A stretch of 64,000 nt of DNA from Vicugna vicugna (Eukaryota). Under the pieces are notes generated by a model. It saw only the letters and a program-made list of their open reading frames with translations. It had not been told where the DNA came from and did no database searches. The translations under genes and the position numbers were made by a program. The stretch is taken from NCBI GenBank assembly GCA_013265495.1, contig MU058636.1:4065741-4129740 (forward strand), written 5' to 3'. The stretch's first letter is position 1; every line of letters begins with the position of its first letter. This document shows positions 24,716 to 38,305 of the stretch, one piece after another.

Positions 24716-25759
24716 TTGTCTGAACTGTGTTCCTATTTCCTTTCTCACTCAATGGTGAGCTCCTTGAAATGTGGGACAGTATTTACGGATATTACCAGGA
24801 GCCAGGCACTATGTTAAGTGCCAGCATTTCATTTAATCCTCAAATTGAGTCAACTGCCATTTCTTGCCTCCCTCCTTCTCTGTCTCCCATTTCCTCTCTT
24901 CCCCCTCCTCTTGTGCCTCCTTTTCTCTTCCTTCCTTCCACGTATATTTTAGTGCCAAGAGTGTGCTATTGTCTCTATTTTACAGATGAGGAAATTGAGG
25001 TACAGAACAGATAAACAGTTTCACCCTATGCACACAGACAGTTCAGTGGGACCCCTGGGCTGGTGTTACCAGCACCTAGCTCTGAAGCTGGTGCATCACT
25101 GTACTGAATATTTTTCTATGCATCCATAAATTGTAGTGTCTTGACTTGCCATTTAGTGCTAAATGTTTATGAAATGAATGAATGAATGAATGAGAGGAAG
25201 CTAAGTTAAAATGAGGGAAGGATGGACACATGGGTGGGGAAGGGTATGATGAACTCAGGTTTGGATGTAGGCATAACATGCTCTAAACATCCAGGTGATG
25301 TAGCCCATCCAGGAGATATCTGGGGAGTCCCGGTTCAACGTCAAGCCATGGGTGTATTCAAGAGGGGAACCCTGAGAACACATGTGCCAGTTCTTCTAAA
25401 GTCAGACATGTATTTTGCTGAGAATTCACAATAAACAGAATAATCTGGGCTAAAATCTTCATTGAGGTGAATAATCTCTTGTGGTGAATAATCAGCATTT
25501 TGGGGGGCTCCTCTCTTACCCTCCATAATTCCTCAACGATTACTCAGTTTCCAGGATTATGTCTAAAAACTCCCTCATAATTTAGGTCTCCTTAGCAAAG
25601 ATTTAAAATAAGTAGTTGCCAGGAGTTCTCTTATCACTCCCACAGTGGAGCATCTTAACTGCTTTCTCTGGGATTCTCCAGCTTGAAATCCATTCTCCTG
25701 GGTAGTGCTGCCTGGCGGGAGACCAGCTGCCATTTGGTGGTAGGCAGAGGCCATGGCCA

Positions 25760-26012
25760 CTACACCTGAGACGCTCTCCTTGACTGTCCTCTCTGAATCA
25801 GTCCCCCAGTCTCCGTCACTGTCATGTTATCCCACGTTACAGTCTTAACAGCATTTATTTTCTTTGAAATTCTCTTAAGCCATAAAAACACTGTGTGTTT
25901 CCAGTCTCTGCCTGTCAGAATGTAAGCTCCATGAGGGCGGAGTCTGGTATATCCTGCTCACTACTGGTGTGTGGGTTGTAGGTGCCCAATAACAACTACT
26001 GAACAAATGAAA
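25760..26012 (+). mobile_element. L2 3' end
   Basis: 'agaatgtaagctccatgagggc…gtaggtgcccaataacaactactgaacaaatgaa'. Confidence 0.65.
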
Positions 26013-26944
26013 TGGGGATGCATGTGGCATGGAGAAAAGAAGACACAGAAAGAGGGGTGAAAACAAACAGGGAAGAGCCCTGACTTGGCGCCAGCAAGCT
26101 GCGCTGACTGCCAGCAAAGCAAAGCACCTTCCGCTGGTGCTTTAGCTTCTACTTTAATTGAAAATAAATTAATATTGTTCTATGGTTTTCTATGCTAGTC
26201 TGTCTCCACTGCTGGCATTTGGGCTCTGAGAGCCTGGCAGTGCGTGCTAACCTTCCTGGTCATGTCATGTCATTCATTCATTCGTTCCTTCCTTGCATTC
26301 ACTCATATAAGATGACTGAGTGTGACTCTGGCCTAGGGGTTCTGGGAGCCAGTGGTCCGCACGCGGTTCACAAAGGAAGAGGGACCAGGTGTTGCAAGAC
26401 TTTTGACTTTGTAATTTTGCTTGCAGCCAAGCCTCCAGCATCAAAGAAACATTTGCCTTCTCCTGCTGTCCCAGGAGGCGTTAGTGAGCAGCTGTCAGTG
26501 ACAGGAGAGCAGTCTGCTCCCTGCAGCCCAACCACGATTCCCGAGGAGACCTTCATCAATCCCTTTGAGTGGATTAGGTTTTTTAACACTTACTTAACCA
26601 CTTTCAGAAAACATCTCACTGATCAGTTCAGCCTGATTTTTTTTTTAAATGAGGCTAGAAGTTTATATCCCTTTGCCTTATAAGTGGAGTAATTTATGTG
26701 TTTCAAACTTGAAGTAGGTAACAGCCCAAATTCAATAATGACAACATACTTTCCATTTTTCATGTTTGTTGCTAAAAACATTTTACTTCAAAGTTATTTT
26801 TGTTTAATATTTATTATTTTTTGGTATAAAAGACTTCCCATGCTCAAAATATGTGGAAGACAGGAAATAACTTACTTCTTTTAAGAGAGCAACTGATAGT
26901 ATAAAACAACACTCTCACTTATTAACCAGATTCAAGAATATCTG

Positions 26945-27086
26945 AGCGGAGGGTATAGCTCAAGTGGCAGAGCGCATGCTTAGCATGCACGAGGTCCTGG
27001 GTTCAATCCCCAGTACCCACTCAAAGATTAAATAAAATAAATAAACCTAATTACCCCTCCCCCCACAAAAAAACCCTTAAAAATAA
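26945..27086 (+). mobile_element. tRNA(Ala-like)-derived SINE, camelid type, with TSD
   Basis: The tRNA-like head 'ggagggtatagctcaagtggcagagcgcatgcttagcatgcacgaggtcctgggttcaatccccagtacc' carries A and B boxes. It is followed by an A-rich linker, 'aacctaattaccc' and an A tail. The TSD is aagaat[a/c]tctg at 26934-26944 and 27087-27097. Confidence 0.9.
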
Positions 27087-28879
27087 AAGAATCTCTGGTG
27101 CTTACTTTAAAGATGATAGTCACACACATTACTTAGAATTCTATGCCTGAAGTGTCTACGAAGATAAAGCATGTAGTTTATGAAGTTCTTCTTACACATC
27201 CACCATCACCTCCACTCCTCCATGTGGCCCCCTACACTCTCACCTCCCCCGAGGCCTCCTCTTCCTCATGACCTCTCCGCCTCTCCCAATGCACCTCTTT
27301 TCCTTCCCACCGCCCCCTCTACCTCCTCCATCACTATTAAGCACTCCCAGCCCCCAAGCATTCTGCACTTCCTGCCACATGGCATTTCCTCAGGGGGGGA
27401 ATCAGTGTCACTCAGCCTTCCTCCCTGTCAGGGATGCTCCCTACTGACTCTGTTAATGGTGGGTGTAACCATCCAGCCAGCGCCACCACATGTTCCAGCG
27501 ATCCATTTGAGGAGCACCCAGACGGGCCAGTGTAATCGTTGTCTTAACTGGCAAAGCTCAGGCTGAGAAATTCTTTCCACATCATTTGTTTTTACCTTTG
27601 CTCTATTCCAGAGGACTGTACTGTCCCATCTAATTGTCTCAATATCTGAAAACGGTATTCATTTCACACACACAAAAAGAGAATCACTCATTTCTTCCAT
27701 ATGTTTCACCTATTTGGATTTAAATAAGTTTTTTTGCAATTGTTTTTCCAAACAGGATTCTAGGACTTTTGAGAGCTAATTCTTTACCTTTGATTCCATG
27801 TGGTTTTAGCCTGAGAAGAGTGTCAGAAATGAGTGACTCTGGTAAGCCAAAGGTGTAACAGGTGGCTGGAATACTCTGCTGCATTTTATAATTTTTATCA
27901 AATTGAGAATTTTGTTTTCCATTTTGTAACATCTGCAAGGGTTAAAGCTTTGTTCTTATAAACAATAGAAGTTTGAAACATCACCTTTTAAAAAAGTCTT
28001 TAATATTTTCTAATATGAGATCAGAGTATGGACATGCCATTTCTTTTAAAAAATCACTTAGCTTGAGCTCAGAATTTTCCTTATCATTTCTTTCAGCTGA
28101 AGTCATCCTTTCTTCCACCTCACACAACAGGTTTATTTGGGAGACTAAGCAAGTGTGCACTCCACCCTTCAGGGGACAGTCCCCTTAGCTGCTCTGCCGA
28201 GGGCTTGCTCGTTTCAGCGGACCTCTAGGTGTCCAGCATAACCCTGTCGGTTCATCACCCAGCTCTGCCATCTCTTGGTCCTTTTTGGGGGGATACTTTT
28301 CATGAAAAAGGGGTATGGTATAGGTGGCTCAGGGAAGGGAATTCCATTATCAAATAAGGCTATTTTTCAGACTACCACAAATATCCTCACATCCTTCTGC
28401 CAATGAACACAGCTGGAATTCAAGGTGAATTGAGCTTTCTGAGTATTATTCTTTTTCTGGGTACTGCCCCTGAAGCAGCATAAGATGGGGCTTGAGTCTG
28501 AGTCAGAAACTGGAAAATTCCAAAGTAAGGACTGAATGATCATGAGCTTTCCATAATGAGGCTATGCAGAGGGCTTATCAAGTGATGCTCATAAACGTCT
28601 CAGAATGAAGGCCAGTGAGCATGTGGTGACCAGCAAGAGCAAATCAAGACTCATGTTTCCCACCAGGAGAATGAAAAGTCATTTTAATTTAAAGTCCAGC
28701 CATCCAAAAGCTAATCCCTTCTAAAGGTGCAGGTAAACATCTTTTTAAGAAATGGTCAGTGCCATGACACCCCAAAGAGATGGCTTCTTCGTCCTCCCTG
28801 ACAGCAGGCTCTTGCCCGACCGTGACCCTGGTAAAGCAAGTCAGAGCCTTCCAAAGATCATTTAGAACAAAACTTCATT

Positions 28880-29330
28880 CTGTTTTTCCACTGACTAAAA
28901 TCCTTCCCACCATTCCTCATAGCCCCCTGGATAAAGTCCAAGCTCCTTCTCTGGACAGGCCCCGCCATTCACCATCTGCCCCTTCACTGTTCTGACTCCA
29001 ATACATCACATGACCTAGAACTTGGGTTCTTCTGATGCATCACACTGACTTCCTTCTACCTCTGCCTACTCCCTCTGGAATGGCATTCCCTGCCTCCCCA
29101 CTCTACCACCTTACTCATTTTCCACGACTCCATTTTGATGTCCTTCGGGGAACCGCTCTTGACTTCCAGAGCTGGGTAAACGCACTTTCCCACGACATTG
29201 GAGCATTTACCACAGCATCAATTTGTCTATTCTCTTGTCTACTTTGCAAGGCTACAACTCTCATGGGGGCAAGGACTGTGTTTTAACTCACTATATACCA
29301 GTATCTGGCACAAAAATATTTATTGAGCAG
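28880..29330. mobile_element. L2 fragments
   Basis: 'ggataaagtccaagctcctt', 'ctctggaatggcattcc' and 'gggcaaggactgtgttttaactca…gtatctggcac'. Confidence 0.6.
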
Positions 29331-30599
29331 ATAAACCATTAGATGCTATGGTTTATCCATAGAAAAGGCATGCTAGGTTCAGTGCCTCTGGAGAGTCCCT
29401 TAAGAATAAAAAAGGAGAGGCTGAATAGTTGGGCTATGGCACAAAGCACATATGAGTTTGGCTGATAAAGATTTCCCATCCCAGTGTGGCAAACTGCAGC
29501 ACAATCAGGAAAATAAGATTAACTAGTCCCCATGCGCGGACTGAAGAAAGAGCTGGTGGACCAATGTGCATCCCAGAATGCATTGGAGACCCACTGAAAA
29601 CCACGCTCAGGGGGCAACGTGACCAGGAATGGCACGCAGCTGCACCTACAGCGCGGGGGCCTTCAGTTCCAGCATCCGAGTGGGGCTGAAGGAGCCCAGC
29701 AGGGAGGACAGAGGTCTTGGAGACCTCTCCAAAGACATAACCTCGGAGGAGATCCTCCTGGAGGAGAGTTTAACTCATTTTGTTTCCATCTGTAACTGAA
29801 AAACAAAGTGATTGCGTATAACTTCAAATGGCCCACATAGAGGGATAATAAGGGGCCAGAAATTTATACAGGTCTAGAAACCAAAATCAGATTAATACTG
29901 AGTTCTATCCAATTCCAAGGAGATGAATGACCATGGGAAATGTATGAAAACAATTCAAAGCACAAATCTATCCTGTCTGGGGGCACTACAAGTAAAGGGC
30001 ACTCCATAGTCCTGGCATAATTCCCAGGATATTTAGAAGGTCCATATGTTGGCCATATTTCTCTAAAGTGTTTTAGAGACTTGGAGATTTCAGCATCTGT
30101 AGTTCAGGCAACACACCGAAAGGTGCAAGTCTCCCAGAAGAGGCGGGCTGGTGTCTGAGAAGATAGGAGCTGCCCCCCACACAGCTCCTGCCATTCTATC
30201 AGGCTGTCACTATCAGGCTAATTTATTTGTTCTTAGCTAAAGCAGGGGAGCAGTGGGAGAAAAACAAAAACCAAACCCCATCTTGGTTGATGGTTCAGTA
30301 AGGCCCTGTACAGGAACCCTAGGCTCGTCTAGAATCATGCAACCATAGAGGAGAGAAGAAATGCTCCTACGTCATATAACTCAGAGCCTTCTACTCCAAA
30401 GTGGCCGGCTCCCCAGGCTCTGGAAGTCAGACCCAACCACCCACTCACTCGTTAAACTCTTCACTCATGCCCTGGGATCTCTCTCTCTCTCGGTTCTCTT
30501 TCCAACCCTCTGGCTGCTCATCACCAGAGCTCATTCTGGATTCTTCTTACTCTGCCCAATGTCCATCCTCCCGACATATCTGCCCATGCTGAGATACTT

Positions 30600-31080
30600 C
30601 TTTCACTTTATGCTTGGCCCCTGGGCAAGCTCACCCATAGCATGACTTCAGCTACCATCTGTATGTTGATGACTCCCAAAAATTTTTCCTTTGTAGATCT
30701 CTGTTCTGGATTCTGGGCTAAGAAGAACCTCTCTGCTGAATGTTCCTCAAGCATCTCAAATTCAGCATCTCTCTTGTTTCCTCTCACCACCCAAACTGCC
30801 ATCCCTTCAGCCCCTGCCTTTCCCAGAAAAACGAGTGATGACACACACTCTCGGGCAGTCCACTGTCCAAAGTTACCCGGACTCCTTCACCTTCCTGAGC
30901 CCTCTCCTCAGTCTAGTACCAAACAGCAAGTTCTCTTGCTTTCACCTCCTAAATCTCTCTGAAATCCATCCCTTCTTCTCAATCTTTCTATCCTCAGCTA
31001 GTAAAAGTCAGCTTCTTCTCTGGTTTCTTACCTCCCTTATCACCCTTTCTGCTCTATCTCTATTGTTACCTCTGTGAACT
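30600..31080 (-). mobile_element. L2 fragment
   Basis: 'catgacttcagctaccatctgtatgttgatgactcccaaa…atgttcctcaagcatctcaaattcagcat'. Confidence 0.7.
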
Positions 31081-33529
31081 TTGTCACGTGAAATCAAGAA
31101 GCGGTTTTCTAGCTTCAGTGCAGTGTTTCCCGGCTGTAAGGCCCTCTTGCAGGACCACATCTTCTGCATACGGACTTGCGTGACTAACTGCCTACTGCTT
31201 TCCCTTTTCTCCCCCTAGCACACTCCTGCCAGACTTTTTCTTGTACTTCCCTTGGCATGAATAGCATGTCTATATCAGACCACCATGAGCTTGAATGTGA
31301 GCAAATGTGACGTTTTTTGAATACTGAACTCTGCTTGGCTCTTGAGAACAGATAACTCAGTTGTTCCTATTTTGGCATGTTCAATCTAATTCAGGGATTT
31401 TTTTTCAGCTACACTCAAATGTTATTTTTTCAATCACTGTCACGTTCAAGGCTTATCATGATGGGGTAACTGTTCTGTTTCCCAGCATTTCCTTCCTCTC
31501 CACATTCACCTGCCTTTCTTTTTGAAGGTGAGACTAAGTGCCTAGGGGGAAGAAGGCTAGTGTACTTTCTGGCACCAGGAAAGGGGTGAGTTGTCCCCAG
31601 TGGGCATGGCTGTCTGTCCTGCAGTGTCTGCTGAGCGTGGCTCCGTGGCCTGGGCATCAGGCGTCTGTTGCTGGGCTCTATCCAGTTATGGCCAAAGTCC
31701 TCACCACTGTTCCAGTACCTTCCTATTCCTGACTTTAGATCCCACCACGTCACTTTTCCTCTCAGAATTCCAAAACCTCCTAGAAGGCCCAGGAACATTA
31801 GACGCCTTTCTCCCCATCCCGTGGCAGCAGTGGCTGGGGAGCGTGGCATCCCTCAGCCTGCCCTGCTCTGTGGCTGCCTGCTTCTCCCACCACTGTGAGC
31901 AGTGCCCCACCAGATGTGGGATAAGCCCTCAGAACAATCAACCCTCGACACATTTTACTTATTTTCTATGAGTTTAAAAACCTTTCATTTGAAGAGATGA
32001 CTTCAGCAGTGATAATGCAGGACCAATGGTTTCCACACTGTTCTGAATACTTTTAGGACCCCTGTGAATCTAAATGGCCATACACCTCAGAAATGGGGTT
32101 CTCCCACTTTTGGCTCAGGGTCTTGGCTAAGTTCCAGGGGCTTTACAAAAGGGTCTGGAAAGTCAATCAGTCTCTGTGTTATCTGATTGGACAGCGTCCA
32201 CTGTGATGTTCACTGTTGCACTGGGCCCACAGTTGTTGGACCACACAGGTCCAGGGACATCCCTGGGTCCCATCTTCTGGTCCCCTTTCAGTTCCATTGA
32301 TACACCATGTCTCAGATCCAGAGGAGCCGGCTTGGGATTTTCAGCCAGTCCAGGCTGCATGGAAGTGTTTAGAGGCCACGTAAGGCAGCATCTTTATAGA
32401 TGCTCCCTTTATCCCTTTATCTATATTTTGAAGCCTGGCGACTTCCCAGGGATTTCCCTGGGAGACTGGGCACAAGTTCCCTCCTCGTATGGTCTCCATA
32501 GACCCCCCAGGGCTTGACCCAGACAGTGGTCTCTCTTCCAGAGAGACCCACAGACACTGGCCCTTGTATCCCTCCCTCTCCTCCATACTGGAGACAGGAG
32601 TCAGAGGAGAGTAGAGAGTCTTGCTTTTATCCAGCTTTTATCCAGCAGTCTTTCTCTCAAATTTTTTGAAGCCAAAGGCTATTCCAGTCCCATAAAGGTC
32701 TAGGCTTTTCAAATTCAAAAGGCAGAAAGGCACGCTGATCCCCTTAGCCCTCTGTGGTCACTTTTTTTCGCCGAGTGCCTCGGGCCATACCCTGCCTCAC
32801 TGCTGAGGCGGCCGTCGGACCGCCAGAGGAGAGGGAAGGGCTAGCACTCGGACTGGAAGCCTGGGTGGGCCCCTGTTGTCGGGGGCCCTGGTCCTTCACT
32901 GCTTCTGGAGGTTCACACTATGAGAAGTGCGCTTGAAAAGCTTATGTAAAGTCCTCTCCAGGGAGGGACGCATTTTCTACTCTTGACCCTCAATGTTCTG
33001 TTACATGGTTGAGACAGGACTATGTAGTTTTCTAGCGTCCACAGAAACCATTTCAGGATTCAATAAAAAAAAAAAAGCTGTGTTTGTTTCTCATCTCTCT
33101 CTGTCTCTTCCTTTTCTATTTTTTTATTGAAAAGCCTCTGAGGTATGGATCTGCCTGAAAGGGAACGCAGGGAACATCAAGGAAAATGAGGTCAGGTGGC
33201 ATCCAGACCAGGTGGAAACCAGCTGGATGGATGTCTGCTCTGCTCACCCAGGAAAGATGACTATGGAAATCATCTGCTTCTACGAGGAGAAGAAAAGAGA
33301 AGTACTTGTAACATCTCATGGCTCAGGGATGCTGAGGACTAGTTCTCTCAACAAATCCCTGCTCATAGATTTAAAAACATGGATGAAGATGCTGCAAACC
33401 ACTGAAAGCAATCAGGGGACAGATTAGAGAGGAGAACTTTCAGAGGAGCAGGCTGAGATCACTGGAAAGGAGGCTGTGCTTCCGCAACGGCACCGCACAC
33501 CTCCTCCTCCTGCTCCTATTCACCCACTA

Positions 33530-33775
33530 TGAGCTAACACCTACTGATCACTTACTCCATGCCAGACATTTCCCAAGAGCCTCCCATGAATTAACCCATT
33601 TAATCTTCACAACAACTCTGTGAAGTAGGTATTACCATCATCACCGTCATTTACTCAGATAAGGAAATGAGACATCGAGATGTAATTTGCCCGGGACGGC
33701 ACAGCAGGTGGCAGGGCTGGGACCTGAACCCAGGCAAGCCTATGGTTCCCGATCTGAACTCTCGGACGCCACTGC
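33530..33775 (-). mobile_element. MIR SINE
   Basis: 'catttaatcttcacaacaactctgtgaagtaggtattacc…cagataaggaaatgaga…gggctgggacctgaacccaggc'. Confidence 0.85.
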
Positions 33776-36700
33776 CCAAGCCTTCTCTTTGTTTGCAGCA
33801 CTGCAGTCTACAAAGAGCTTGCCCCGCCACTTATGCCTGAGAGGCAGCGGTCAGCTCAGACTTGAGGAATCAACTCTTCAAGCTTTCGCACCAAAACGCT
33901 CCTAAGGGCAGAGGAGAATGAATTTATATCACCCCCTGTCCCTGGTGCCAACCACTCTCTCCCAAGTCTCACTCTTGGCCAGCCCAAAGCTCCCCTAAAG
34001 CACTGATTTTGTTCTGAAATCTCATGTCTTGTCTTAAAATTCAGGCACTCTGGTAACTTATGACATGTTATACCCATGTTTGTTTTGCACACCCCACACT
34101 GACTAACAGCAGTAACAGGTTCAGGTGGACAGACTGGGCACAAGCCTATTAATCAAGGTCTGTGGCTCTGAAGGATGAGGAGTCGGTGCAGAAAGCAGAG
34201 AAAGAAGCTCCATCCCCTAGTGATGGACGGAGGGCTGAGCTTCCAGGGCCCCAGGGAGGGCTCGAAGCAGCAGACACACAGAGCCTGGACACTCTCCCCG
34301 CCAAGCCCAGCTGGCAGAGCGGGAGCGCATGCCGGGCCCTCCCTGCGCAGGGAGCCGCACCACTGCTCAGCACCATGCCAGTCACAGCACGGGAGGTCTG
34401 CACAGCACCCGTGGGCGTGAGCGGTCTCCGGACTGACCACCCTCAGCCTCCCCAGGCCAGCACTGCCTGGAATCTTTCCTGTTCTTAGAGCTGTGAACCT
34501 GAACAAGGCTCAGACACCCAGGGTCTCTTAGCATCAGGCTATAAGAACAATTCTCCAATTCGACAATATTTAATTGACTACTTTAGGTAAATGTCCACAT
34601 TTTATCTAGCGGTTTGTGTGCCCGACTCCCTCAACCTTCTGCCACTTATATCCAGACCTAAGCACCCTGCTTCTTTGGGAAGCATGTGCATGGCGTTATA
34701 GTACCAGCATTACGAGCATACAGGTTTTGGGAACCAGATGGGACACTGTGCAGCAGCAACTTCCACAGGCCTGTGGACATGGCCCAGGCACCAGGTTCTT
34801 GGCAGTTACTCATGTCCCCTAAGTCCTGGACCTCAACCCCCGCACAGCTGTCCTGCCCCTGTCTGTGTGGCAGAGCCAGCAACTGGAGAAATGGTTCAAC
34901 AGTCCTCAGTCCCTATGTGCTAAGCTATCTGTCCAGGTTGGGAGGAGCTATGTCGCCAGCTGTGGCTCTCCAGGGTCACCAGAACCCAGGGACCACACAA
35001 GTCACTGCTCCTTAGGGGCAGAGGGACTACTGTTTGGGGCCTAGAGGGGTTGACTGGTGCATCACTTAGAGCCAGAGGCCAAACCAGGGACCACAGAGGG
35101 GGTCAATCGCATACCCAAATTTTGATACACCCTTGAACAAAAACAGAAACCACCTAAAGTGCTTTAAATTCTTCCAGCCATAATATACTTAAGGCATTTT
35201 TCTTTGTATGACCCAGCAGAAACATTACTTATATCGAATCAAAACACACACTTATAAGCAATGAAAATCATCACAATTACACATATCTTGCAGCAAACTT
35301 TTAAAGTATGCTGTCAAAACCACATCTTTGGATTACCATCTCATAAAATGACCTTTCTCTGAACTCATCTCCAGGGAGAGCATGACAGTGTGGTTTTGTT
35401 TGAACGGCTGTGCCAGCAGCAAGCTGGCCTTGGAGAGCATGTGCCCATGTTGCTGCAGGATGGCAGGCTCTGGGGAGACCAAACCTACCCTGCCTCTCAA
35501 AGGGTGTGGGTTGATTTGGGGCAGATTCCTTCACTTTAGCTAAGGCAATTTCTTCATCTGTAGAATGGGCACAATAATATCTCACCTGAATGGGACCGTT
35601 GCATGATACAAGTTTAGTACAAGGACACAGCCAGCACTCAATAGCTTTTATTCATATTTTTACTGCCCGAAGTCCTACAGTTACTAAGATGCAGGGAAAG
35701 GGCTTGCTCTTATGCTCTTGTGTTCTGCTATTATTTTTAGCATTTTTTTTACATTGTAATATAAAACAACATACATAAAAGTGCATAAATCCATGCAGTT
35801 TAACAAGTATTTGTAAAACCAATACTTGTGTTACCACTGCCGAGGTCAAGAAAAGGATACTAACATCCTAGGAGCATCTTGTAGGCCCCCTCCCTCCCCT
35901 GCCAGGACCCCTTCCCGCCAGCAGTAGCCTCTCTTTCCCACAGCTCCCAAGCACAGCTGCTGTGGCTCTTTGAGAAAAGCTCCTCAGGCGGTGAGCCGCC
36001 CTCCCTGCAGCACAACATCCTGAGCTTTGGAGGATTCCTGAGGACTTAGAGGTGAGCCTACCTGCCCTCCCATCCCCACGTCCCACACAGGTGGCGGATG
36101 AGTCAGCCCCCTACGGGCAGCAGCTCCTATTCAGGACAAAGGGACAGCTGCCTGCACAGAGTGATGAGCTCACCTAGAAGTCACAGTCCAATTCTTTTGC
36201 ATTTCTACGTCTTCTGCCCATCTTTCCTAATCAGAGACCAAGTTCTGTTGGTTCTTTTTTCTCCTAACATCTCCAGGCTCTTTCCCGCGGCCCTAGCACC
36301 ATACTTGCAGAGAGGCAATGGTAACTTGTTTCTTCACAGACTGCCTAAGTTTTAGACATTATGTCCAGTAAGGATTTTATTTTCTATCAAATCTTAATGC
36401 TGTTGTTTGCTCGTGGCCCTCAGTGTATTAATTCCTGACTTTGGTTTAATCTTGTTTTCGACTTTGTTCTCAAGAACAAAGTTATCTCAGGATAAGCTTG
36501 TCCATTTTGCAAAGCTTCCCCTTCATTCTCCAGTGCAGCATTCATGGAGCGCCTCTGCCAACATGGGAGCAGCAAGAGGCACAGGCCCAGTCCCCACCTT
36601 TGGAAGTAGGGTTTTGTGCGTGCGACAGGGGAGTGGGTGACCTATCAAGGTCACCCCAGCCCCTGGCCAGCGCACAGCCCCCAGCAATGACTCAACTACA

Positions 36701-37949
36701 GGACTTTCTGGGCTATTGGAGACCAGCATGCGGGGTGACAACCTGTGGCTGGGTAGTAACCTCGGTTATACAAATCTTGATTTGGGGAATTTTTGAAGAT
36801 GTAATCCTGAGAACTCAGCATCACAAATCCCTCATTCATGACCCCAACTGGCAGTATTTCTGTAAAAGCACTGTGCTACAGAGAACGCCAGCTTTCTGGG
36901 CACAACCATGCAACCTCTGTGGGGTCAGCCCCTGGAAGAGATGCCACCATTACACAAAGCACTAGGAGGCTTCAGGAAAGCCCACTCTTTGGAGAGCCTG
37001 GTCACCCAGGGAGTCTGAGAGTCAGCATTTGAACATTTGCTCCTCTACATCCTGGGCACACCTGATAATCACTCATGTAGGTCGCAATAAATAAGGGCCT
37101 TTTCACGGAACAAGGCCTCGCAGAACAGCAAATGCTTAGTGAAAGCTTACTGAATTAAAGTTGAGTTACATAAGGCTACACTTTCTTGGCATTAAAACTG
37201 AATATTGAAGAATTTTTTAAGCTATTTTGGCAATAACCAATAATGAGCAAAAATTTTGAATTCTTACTGTGTATGACCCTGAATATTAATAGTTGAAAGC
37301 AAAAGCTTAGCAGTAGAGAGAGGTAATGTGTCCAGATGCAAAACTATTTTCCTATGAAATGACAAAAAGTACTAAGATACTTTTTCTAAAACAATCTATG
37401 GGAACTGTGAAATCTATTAAAAATTAGTCAGGTAAATTGTATTTCATTTTCCCCTAGATTAATCTTCCTGTTAATTTAGCAAATGAAAAAATTAAATTAT
37501 CTTTCTGGCAAAATAAATATCTTAATGTTACTGTATAATCTTTTATAGTTTAGACCACACCAAATCAAACACAGACATATGGAGCAATCACATCTAATCT
37601 CATTAGTGTATAATTAAAAGGCATCAAGAGAGATGGCTAGAACACTCCACATATTAGAGCTACTTTTAACTAGAAACAGAACTTAGTTCATAGTATTTCA
37701 AACCGTCAAACTGACTTGGTGGAGTAGGGATGGTAATCAACACAAAAATATGACAGCATTTAGAACTGCAAGTAACATGTTGGCCTATAAAATCACTACA
37801 GAATTTGTAGTGTGTAATAGTTAAGAGTTAGACAATCTTCATATCACCCAATGCAGTCATTGTTACATATGTTTGTGCAAACATGTGCATATGAAGTCAA
37901 GTCTAAACGAGTCATAGGGTAAGAGCAGGAGTGAGAGGGAATAAAATGC

Positions 37950-38305
37950 TGAACACCTGGAAACGAGGGCATGGGATGAAGGGATTTCTGACATAGCTGG
38001 AAAGTAGAGATGTGTGGTGATAGTAGGGGTGAGAGGTAGGGAAGACAGAAAACTGAAGAGATAAGCCAGGGCGGTCCAGCAGGGTCTGAAAGCCAAGACA
38101 AGGAATTTGGACTTCATCCTGAGAGCAATGGAGGACCTCTGTGACTTCATCCTAAGAGTAACGGGACACCTTTGGGGGATCTGAAGTAGCGAAGTGACGT
38201 GATGATCTGCATTTGACAGAGATACTTTGGCCTGCATTGCAGAGAAGAGATCAGAGGGCAAGGGACAGGGGATTTGGAAGAGCAGTTAGGAGAGAACTAC
38301 AGGTA
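37950..38305 (+). mobile_element. L2 fragment
   Basis: 'aaggaatttggacttcatcctgagagcaatgga…gtgacgtgatgatctgcattt…ctttggcctgcattg'. Confidence 0.65.

Noticed and set aside
26192..26683. 163-aa ORF, and other ORFs of 100 aa or more such as 19580-20038 (-) and 36498-36965 (+)
   Set aside because: They show no recognisable homology or exon structure. Several overlap repeats or are antisense shadows of pseudogenes.
26947..27020. tRNA-Ala-like gene (also at ~57983-58055)
   Set aside because: It is followed by a SINE body, an A tail and a TSD, and the acceptor stem is imperfect. It is a tRNA-derived SINE head, not a tRNA gene.
38110..38178. Imperfect tandem duplication 'gacttcatcct[g/a]agag…' (~33-bp period)
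   Set aside because: It is an old slippage duplication within an L2 fragment with no sign of function.
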